Below are positions 1-6,739 of a stretch of 64,000 nt of DNA, in pieces. Location of the stretch: IMG/VR virus record IMGVR_UViG_3300021197_001002; one strand, 5' to 3'. The notes beneath the pieces were generated by a model. The model saw only the letters and a list, made by a program, of their open reading frames with translations, was not told where the DNA came from and did no database searches. Numbering within the stretch: the stretch's first letter is position 1; each line of letters starts with the position of its first letter. The position numbers were made by a program, and so were the translations under genes. This stretch comes from an uncultured virus (IMG/VR IMGVR_UViG_3300021197_001002) (lineage: Duplodnaviria; Heunggongvirae; Uroviricota; Caudoviricetes).

Positions 1-2
1 AT

Positions 3-1229
3 AAATATAATTCATTAAAGTTAAAATATGATATTAGAAAACTTTTTATTTCATTTGAAAAATTATTATACAATAAATTTAATCAAAGTACACATCAAAA
101 TGTAGACCATCTTAAAAATACAATGACGGCATTTAACAGACATCACGATGATGATGATGTTTTTACAGGTTCGCTATTTGAATATGGTTTGGGTAATGGA
201 TTTGATTATGATATATTCCGCCACTTAGAAAAAGTGAATAAAGAAAGGGCTACAATGAATAAAATGTTCAAGTCTCCACTCGACTACGTAATAGATAATT
301 TAATTGCTAAAGCAAATCTTCCAACTATGCGAGAAAAGGGAATAAAATTTGACGATATACAATCACTTCGTTGGCTTCCTCAAACAAGAAAAGATACATT
401 TTCAAAACCTATTAGTGTTACACGTTCTAAAAAATTAGGTGCTGGACAAGTTCTTCCTTATGAAATAGATACTGTAGCACCAATGCCCGAAGGTATTACT
501 TTACCCGGTTTATTAGATAAAACTAAAAGACATATAAACCCATTAATGGATGTTTCAGGAACATGGGTTTCACCAAGTAATCAAGGTACACTTGCAAATC
601 CGGATTTTACATTTGACCCACATGTTCAAGCAATACTTCTTGGTAATATTAATTCTCCAAATTTCTATAGAAGAGAAAAAGAAGGCGCAAAAATGCCCGG
701 TGGTGAAGGTTTTCAATATGGAGGATTCCCAAAAGATAGTTATTTTAGAGTTCAATTACCACAAAATGCTACACCTATGTCGATAGCGCAAGTAATGCGA
801 GAAAAACTTGCAAGAGAAAACTTGCCACCAGTACTTCAAAACCCTAATTTAAAATTAGATAATGAAACACTTGAATTTGTAAATCAATTTCCAGAACAAC
901 AAGGTATGCGTAGTTGGTATCAAGACGTAGGTAAGCCGTTAGACCTTCAAGGTTTAATTGATTCAAATCAAATAAACCGATTATCTGAATCACAAAAGAT
1001 ACTAAATAGCCCATTTTTACCTGTTCAAACAGGCGAACCAATGGACATCGCTATGCGGTTGTTGAAATACGACAGGGCTACTGAAATGTACGAGTTAGCA
1101 CAAGAGGCTATGGCGTTAGGTTTAGCAGACAATTGGGAGGATGCTATGAAAATAGCAGAAGAAGAAGCGGAATCGCCTTCTGAGTTTAACCCTCAGTTTC
1201 AGCAAAAGAACACAGGCGAACCAATGGAC
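3..1229 (+). CDS. 5'-truncated hypothetical protein (candidate cassette polyprotein) running into an assembly gap
   Basis: The frame of ORF 123 is open from base 3 (KYNSLKLKYD...KNTMTAF), so the start may lie before the window. It has two TGEPMD motifs; the 3' end is lost in the Ns at 1230-1329. Confidence 0.7.
1029..1229 (+). repeat. 18-nt exact direct repeat ACAGGCGAACCAATGGAC (1029-1046 and 1212-1229), in frame, encoding TGEPMD
   Basis: Read directly; spacing is 183 nt (61 codons) and the second copy abuts the N-gap. Confidence 0.95.
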
Positions 1230-1329
1230 NNNNNNNNNNNNNNNNNNNNNNNNNNNNNNNNNNNNNNNNNNNNNNNNNNNNNNNNNNNNNNNNNNNNNNN
1301 NNNNNNNNNNNNNNNNNNNNNNNNNNNNN
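1230..1329. other. Scaffold gap (100 N)
   Basis: Run of Ns. Confidence 1.
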
Positions 1330-1424
1330 CGTGGAATTTACGGAAAACATAACCATATGGACGTTTCGCATACAGAAGGCGGAAAATTAACCCTTGAGTC
1401 TGAACACGGTAACCGAGCAAGACA

Positions 1425-1432
1425 TTTTAAAG
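1425..1432 (+). promoter_or_regulatory. Putative archaeal TATA box
   Basis: TTTTAAAG about 25 nt upstream of ATG 1451. Confidence 0.35.
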
Positions 1433-1450
1433 AAAAGGGTACACTAAGAC

Positions 1451-1924
1451 ATGAAGAGTGATGTTATGACACCAATGCAAAAGGCTTGGCTGTTGTTGAA
1501 GATGCCTGTTTACGATACAGGTATACCCGGAATACAATTCGTTACTCAAGGAAAAAATGAGGATTGGACACAAGATAAAAATCTTCATGGTGGTTTACCC
1601 GGTATTTGGATGAAGGAAGGAAAAACATATGATTCTTCTCAAAGAGAAATACCACATGAAAAAGATTTAGAAGATTGGGCTGAAATAACCAATATGACTC
1701 CAAATCAATTTTTACAAGAAACGAAAACAGATGAAATGGTTGATGACGATTACTACAAAAATCTCATGCAAAGAGCAATGGAAGGTGAAGATATGCGTTT
1801 CGTAATGCCAAGAGCAGATTATGAGTTTACTGACAGCCCTGTGGGACATGATGGGAGGCATCGTATGCGAGCGTTGAGAAATTTAGGGTATGGAGATACA
1901 CCAGTACCAGTTTTTAGACAGTAG
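1451..1924 (+). CDS. ParB/sulfiredoxin-like domain protein with N-terminal AWxLLK tag (start possibly 1466)
   Basis: C-terminal DGRHRMRAL..LG...VPV matches the ParB/Srx signature; N-terminal PMQKAWLLLK. Confidence 0.6.
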   Translation: MKSDVMTPMQKAWLLLKMPVYDTGIPGIQFVTQGKNEDWTQDKNLHGGLPGIWMKEGKTYDSSQREIPHEKDLEDWAEITNMTPNQFLQETKTDEMVDDDYYKNLMQRAMEGEDMRFVMPRADYEFTDSPVGHDGRHRMRALRNLGYGDTPVPVFRQ

Positions 1925-1937
1925 GAGGTGAAAAACA

Positions 1938-2093
1938 ATGACACGATGTAAAATGCTTGATGAATGGTTCGATGACGAATCAAAGAAGATAGATAAGACC
2001 GAATCAGTAACGAATGTAGAATTTGTTACAGGAAAGAAGAAGTCAAAAAATTCACTTAGTTCACTTTGGTCAAAGTTATGGTCATCTAAGTGA
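1938..2093 (+). CDS. Small hypothetical protein, 51 aa (MTRCKMLDEWFDD...LWSKLWSSK); not in ORF track
   Basis: Strong GGAGGTG RBS upstream; open frame; amphipathic C-terminus. Confidence 0.65.
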   Translation: MTRCKMLDEWFDDESKKIDKTESVTNVEFVTGKKKSKNSLSSLWSKLWSSK

Positions 2094-2229
2094 CTACTAC
2101 ACTCTCTTATATTATAGAGAGTAGGACTATAATAAATTGACCATAACTTATAGTCAAATTAGTGACCACTTCTATGAATAAAGTGAATAAAGCGGTATAG
2201 TGAACATAGCGAAATGTTTATGTTGACCA
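2065..2229. promoter_or_regulatory. Cluster of inverted repeats and TGACYA motifs (candidate operator/origin/packaging region), plus TATA-like TTTATG at 2217
   Basis: 12-bp IR at 2073-2084/2138-2149; hairpin ACTCTCT/AGAGAGT at 2101-2122; near-palindrome at 2137-2157. Confidence 0.45.
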
Positions 2230-2244
2230 TTTTAGTAGCCAACA

Positions 2245-2781
2245 TTGAGCAAGATGCAAGTAGGTAACGATAACTCGGATGCAGAAATTCGCTTAATGGG
2301 GCTAATTTTAGCACAATCAGCATTAATTGGACTATCAGTTGGAGTATACGACGCAGGAATTTGGTTAAACAATGACGACGCTATGTTGAATGGGTTTACA
2401 TATGCTATGGCTGGTTTCTTTGTTCAAGGAATTGCATACTATTTCTTCAAGATGTTCTTTGAACAGAACATGCAAGAGCGAGTACATATGCAAAACATTG
2501 AACGTCAACGCCAACAACGCTATCGAAGTACACAATTAAATTTTGATAACCGTAGAGCCGACATGGAAATGCGAATGCAAGAAGCACAACTTGAGCGTGA
2601 ATTGCAATGGATGGAACAAAATCCCGGTAAGATGCCTCCTTCATGGGGAGTACAGGGAGGTTCAACATCTATGATAACTCAATACGATGATAATATGTTA
2701 ATTAAAAATCCACCAAAACATGAAGCCATTCTTGACAAGCCTATGCATCTTGGTGCTGTAGACGAAAAGAAAAGTCAATGA
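2245..2781 (+). CDS. Membrane protein (2 TM helices, then coiled coil)
   Basis: Hydrophobic segments LMGLILAQSALIGLSVGVY and GFTYAMAGFFVQGIAYYFF, followed by a Q/R/E-rich helix; TTG start. Confidence 0.75.
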   Translation: MSKMQVGNDNSDAEIRLMGLILAQSALIGLSVGVYDAGIWLNNDDAMLNGFTYAMAGFFVQGIAYYFFKMFFEQNMQERVHMQNIERQRQQRYRSTQLNFDNRRADMEMRMQEAQLERELQWMEQNPGKMPPSWGVQGGSTSMITQYDDNMLIKNPPKHEAILDKPMHLGAVDEKKSQ

Positions 2782-2791
2782 AGGTGATTAA

Positions 2792-3046
2792 TTGGGGCGC
2801 ATATTTAAAACGCCAACAGACGATAGTACCGAAGCAACACTTCGGGCTATGCATACTCAAAACACATTAGACAATTATTATGAGAAGGGATGGGGATGGT
2901 TTCGTACATTTTTATTCACATTTTTCGCTATCTTAGGAACAAGTCTTTGGGAAAAAAGTACTGATGTATCAGTTTGGGATAACACAATTGAATGGTTTGT
3001 ATTGAAAATAGAAGCATTTGGTAATTGGTTACTGGAGTTGTTCTAA
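2792..3046 (+). CDS. Small membrane protein
   Basis: AGGTGA RBS with TTG start; TM segment WFRTFLFTFFAILGTSLW; TAATG overlap with the next gene. Confidence 0.75.
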   Translation: MGRIFKTPTDDSTEATLRAMHTQNTLDNYYEKGWGWFRTFLFTFFAILGTSLWEKSTDVSVWDNTIEWFVLKIEAFGNWLLELF

Positions 3047-3762
3047 TGGTTGACCCCGCAGGTTCCGCATTGGTTGGTGTCATGGTATGGGGTCAATCTC
3101 TATACAACTCATGGCGACCTCGACGTGTTGGAATATACGGCGCAGGACAAGTTGGTAAGACAACTCTTGACCGTTACATGACTACTCCCGGTGAAATGGA
3201 AGAAATCCCCGATGCTGAACGAACAGACCACAAAAAATTTCTTGGTAAATACAACATGCCAAAGCCTTCTCGAAAAAGAGTTTCTTGGAAAGGGCATAAG
3301 CGTGTAGTATACTCATCTGATGTAGGAGGTCAAGAACGTTTTTGGAATTTATGGATTGATGATATGGTCAATCGTCAAGTTGAAGCAGTTGTCTACATGT
3401 TTGATGAACGAGCGTTCAAAGGTGGAGATGATGCAATAAAACAAATTGGCGGTTTCAAATATCTTGTTGATGCAATACTTCATCGTCAATATCGTTATCG
3501 AAATTTTAAGGCTCGACGTAAAGGAAAAAAGTACGTACCAAAACTCATTATGCTTGTTGCAAACAAAGCAGACAGGTTTTTTGATGAAACAGCCGCAATG
3601 CTTTGGCAACAAGACCGTATAGGGGAACATAAGGTATTTGACCCCTTTCGAGATGATTTAATACGCTTACAAAAAGGTGGTATTCCAACAAGAAGGTCTT
3701 TTATGGCGACTCGTATTGGATGGAACGTAGAAAACACGATGGTTGATTTACTTACAGCATAG
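3046..3762 (+). CDS. Ras-superfamily (Arf/Rab/Roc-like) small GTPase
   Basis: G1 GAGQVGKTT, candidate G2 Thr (ERT), G3 DVGGQERFWNLW, G4 ANKAD, G5-like MATRIGWNV; hydrophobic N-terminal helix; start placed at ATG 3046 by TAATG coupling. Confidence 0.9.
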   Translation: MVDPAGSALVGVMVWGQSLYNSWRPRRVGIYGAGQVGKTTLDRYMTTPGEMEEIPDAERTDHKKFLGKYNMPKPSRKRVSWKGHKRVVYSSDVGGQERFWNLWIDDMVNRQVEAVVYMFDERAFKGGDDAIKQIGGFKYLVDAILHRQYRYRNFKARRKGKKYVPKLIMLVANKADRFFDETAAMLWQQDRIGEHKVFDPFRDDLIRLQKGGIPTRRSFMATRIGWNVENTMVDLLTA

Positions 3763-3770
3763 GTGATAAG

Positions 3771-3947
3771 ATGACAAAAACAAGAATTAATTCGGTTGGG
3801 AAGCACAGTAAAAGTCTAAGAAGTGTGATACCACATTGGATAGTAGAACTAATGGAACTTTCAAAAGATAATTCATTAGTATGGAGTATTGAATGGGATT
3901 CAGAAACGGGTAAACGACAAATAATGGTAAACAAGGTGATTGAATGA
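3771..3947 (+). CDS. AbrB/MazE-like swapped-hairpin DNA-binding protein, 58 aa; not in ORF track
   Basis: MTKTRINSVGKHSKSLRSVIPHWIVELMELSKDNSLVWSIE...; AGGTGA RBS; ATGA overlap with the next gene; SLR.xIP..IV..L.L..D.L.W pattern. Confidence 0.7.
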   Translation: MTKTRINSVGKHSKSLRSVIPHWIVELMELSKDNSLVWSIEWDSETGKRQIMVNKVIE

Positions 3948-4888
3948 CAATGATATTTGATAGAAATACTGGTATGCAACAATTGGCTACATCAAATGAA
4001 GCACATTTGTATGCTTTAAGTCAACAAGGTAATGAGTCTTTATCCCATGCCGCACTTATGGAACAAGCAACAGCGCAAACTGCAATGCAGAATATTGCTA
4101 ATGAGCAAAACTTAGAAGTTCCAAAAGTAAATTTTTACCCGTCGAGACATCCTGACCCCCAAAAGGCACGAAAGAAAGACATTAAACAAGCGTACAAATT
4201 ACTTACTCCAGCAAAAAGACCGTGGTATAATCCGTTTAGATGGTTTTTTGGTCGTAAATACCGATACGATAAGCAAGCGAGTGTGTGTGTTGTAGATGGA
4301 TGTGATTGTGCAACTCTTATTCAACACGATAATTTGTATGCAAAAATTACTGATGAAGATTCAGGTTACTCATTATGGCAACTATATTGGCAAAATCCCG
4401 TCACAATGCAAGCGGAAGCCTTTGTAGCAAAAGAAAAGGTAACTAATGGAAGAAAAATGAAAGGAACGTACTGTCCTGAACATCTTCATTTGTATCACCT
4501 TTTAGTAAAGTGGGAAGCGGAAGAAGATAAAATTCGTGAAGCAAATCCACGTAGACTACGTGATAAAGTAAAACGAGGTGTATCAATGGTAACTGTTCCT
4601 GTAACGGCTATAGCCAAAAAAGACCCAACACCTTCATTTTTAGCAAAGTACGAAGATTTTTTTGCAATGTTAGAAAAGGATAGCAAGCGTACAAATGGAA
4701 TTTCTATACTTAATTATGAAAACCCTACTAATGGACAAAATGACGTTACGATGATTGTCTTTGACCTTAGAATTTTTCAACAAGAGTTGGCAATGATGAA
4801 CCAACCAACACCTGCATTTCAAGCAATGTTGAATCAACAGCCCTATCAAAACACTCTTGAAGAACAACAGCATGGGATAGGTGAGTGA
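3944..4888 (+). CDS. Hypothetical protein, possibly Zn-binding
   Basis: 314-aa ORF with CVVDGC...YCPEH; coupled to both neighbours. Confidence 0.75.
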   Translation: MTMIFDRNTGMQQLATSNEAHLYALSQQGNESLSHAALMEQATAQTAMQNIANEQNLEVPKVNFYPSRHPDPQKARKKDIKQAYKLLTPAKRPWYNPFRWFFGRKYRYDKQASVCVVDGCDCATLIQHDNLYAKITDEDSGYSLWQLYWQNPVTMQAEAFVAKEKVTNGRKMKGTYCPEHLHLYHLLVKWEAEEDKIREANPRRLRDKVKRGVSMVTVPVTAIAKKDPTPSFLAKYEDFFAMLEKDSKRTNGISILNYENPTNGQNDVTMIVFDLRIFQQELAMMNQPTPAFQAMLNQQPYQNTLEEQQHGIGE

Positions 4889-5510
4889 GATGCTTAATTT
4901 TAACGGTAATAATAATTCAAACGGGGCATTGAACCTCGGAGTATCGAATAATCAACCCCCACAATCAATGCAAAATCCATTTGGTAATCAACAAATGCAA
5001 GGAATGTCCCAAAATCCATTCATGCAGGGTATGGCAGGTGAACAAAATCCGTGGATGCAACAACCTGTTGCACCACCAAGTGAACTCGAAATACAAATAA
5101 TGCTTCTACGTGGTATTGTACCCGTAGACCGTTTCCTTGCAAGTGAATCTATGGGTACACTCGTACAGATGTTTAACAATATTGTAACCTTTAGTGTACT
5201 TGAAATATTTAAGAATGCTTCATTTGTTGCTGATGATGATGGTAATCTAAAAATGGATGTAACATCTTTACCTTCTCATCTTCAAACCATGAGTAGTGAA
5301 AACATTCAATCTAATTTCACAGCCCTTCAAAGTGCGGCGAATCAAAATGTACAGATGGCAGAACAAAATCAAATGCAACTCAACACTATGGCACAACAAT
5401 CTATGATGGGAGGGGCGTTACAAGCGGCTCTTGCAGATGAAGGAATGATGCGAAAAGTAGGTGGAGGCGTAGGAAACTTCGCTCGCAATTTTATTACGGG
5501 AAGTCGATAA
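4881..5510 (+). CDS. Q/M/N-rich hypothetical protein with amphipathic C-terminus
   Basis: 209-aa ORF; low-complexity N-terminus; ends KVGGGVGNFARNFITGSR. Confidence 0.75.
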   Translation: MSEMLNFNGNNNSNGALNLGVSNNQPPQSMQNPFGNQQMQGMSQNPFMQGMAGEQNPWMQQPVAPPSELEIQIMLLRGIVPVDRFLASESMGTLVQMFNNIVTFSVLEIFKNASFVADDDGNLKMDVTSLPSHLQTMSSENIQSNFTALQSAANQNVQMAEQNQMQLNTMAQQSMMGGALQAALADEGMMRKVGGGVGNFARNFITGSR

Positions 5511-5511
5511 T

Positions 5512-5757
5512 ATGAATGATAAAAATTACATGCCGTTAGGATTTAGAAATACTTCTCTTAATGTACTAAACCCCCGAAGAAGTGTCATTATTGACATGAT
5601 AATGGTTCAATTTATTTCTATTATTGTAGTAATGCTTATGATATTAATTTTCAAAGGCCAAGAACTTTCTTCAAGTGTTTTGTCCTACTATCTTGTCGGA
5701 CTCTTCGGAAGTGCTTTGATGCTCACTGGAGTCTACTCCAGAATCACTCGTGGATAA
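5512..5757 (+). CDS. Small 2-TM membrane protein (holin-like topology)
   Basis: Hydrophobic segments MIMVQFISIIVVMLMILIF and VLSYYLVGLFGSALMLTGVY. Confidence 0.7.
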   Translation: MNDKNYMPLGFRNTSLNVLNPRRSVIIDMIMVQFISIIVVMLMILIFKGQELSSSVLSYYLVGLFGSALMLTGVYSRITRG

Positions 5758-5994
5758 TTCCCACTTGTGAAGAGGACAAGTTGAATTTTTAAGTTTTAAT
5801 TTTGTATTTAGATGACACCCACAAGCGGTGCATCGAGTACCATAATGTGGACATGTTCTACATATTCTAATTCTATGAAGTATTTCATCATCGTCTGCAT
5901 AATCACGTTTTGATAAATCTTTTACGGCTTGAGAAATGCTTCTGAATGAATCCTTAGAAATAGGAACTCCGGCTATTCTTTTCGCTCTCCACAT
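5671..5994 (-). CDS. Cys-rich protein (DUF6171-like)
   Basis: RxxICxxCP...CxxCGC......K......CP..KW motif; start probably at MWRAKR (5994). Confidence 0.7.
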   Translation of the reverse strand: MWRAKRIAGVPISKDSFRSISQAVKDLSKRDYADDDEILHRIRICRTCPHYGTRCTACGCHLNTKLKLKNSTCPLHKWELSTSDSGVDSSEHQSTSEESDKIVGQNT

Positions 5995-6055
5995 AGTACA
6001 TTCCAATCTTATCTTCACCATAATTGTTTTCAAAGAGATACCCGTAACATGGACA

Positions 6056-6739
6056 ATGGCGGCGGGTGAGCAAGTAATAAAACGGTCTTGCTCATTCTGC
6101 ATGGATGAGGACCGTGAAGAGTTGGAAGAACAACTTTTACAAGGTTACATTTCCCCAAAGCAACTTGACAAAGATAAAGGTTGGAGAACCAATACTACGG
6201 ACCGACATTTTAGAAATCACATGGGTGAATATCACGTTGCGGCTAACGAAACGTGTGCTCTATGTACATCTCCCAATCGTGCTGATTATGAGCGACTGTA
6301 TTTTTCTGATGGTTCACAAATAGATGCTATAGCCGAAGAAGTTGGAATTAGTGAAAACCTCGTTTACCAACATATGAAGCATCATTTCCAACCTTTGGTG
6401 CAGAAAACAGCGGCTCTTGAAATAGCATCCTTTGCCGTTGGTAATGAATTAGATTTACTTCGTACAAATGCGGAAAGATTAAATGGTAAACTAACTGAAC
6501 TTCTTGATGAAGGGACTGTACATGAGGATGGGTTTGTTCGGGATGCTGTTATGCTTCACAAAGAAGTACGAGAAACAGTCAAAGACTTGCTTCGCTTCCA
6601 AGAACAATGGGGTCCTCAAGGTGAAACACAGCAAGTTAATCAAACATTCAATATTTTACAGGTCGAACTTGGAAAAGAAAGCCCTGAAACTTGGGCTAAG
6701 ATAAAGTCTCGATTACAAGAAAACATGGGGGTTGAATAA
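6056..6739 (+). CDS. Tandem Zn-finger/HTH protein, candidate terminase small subunit
   Basis: Two CxxC...HTH...HxxxH units (CSFC..RHFRNH; CALC..QHMKHH), then a coiled coil; lies upstream of TerL; start reassigned to ATG 6056. Confidence 0.5.
   Translation: MAAGEQVIKRSCSFCMDEDREELEEQLLQGYISPKQLDKDKGWRTNTTDRHFRNHMGEYHVAANETCALCTSPNRADYERLYFSDGSQIDAIAEEVGISENLVYQHMKHHFQPLVQKTAALEIASFAVGNELDLLRTNAERLNGKLTELLDEGTVHEDGFVRDAVMLHKEVRETVKDLLRFQEQWGPQGETQQVNQTFNILQVELGKESPETWAKIKSRLQENMGVE

Noticed and set aside
1..122. AT-rich stretch as an origin or promoter
   Set aside because: It is an open reading frame continuous with ORF 123, so it is probably coding.
1230..1420. ORFs spanning the N-gap, including the stop at 1352
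   Set aside because: The gap length is nominal, so frames across it are unreliable.
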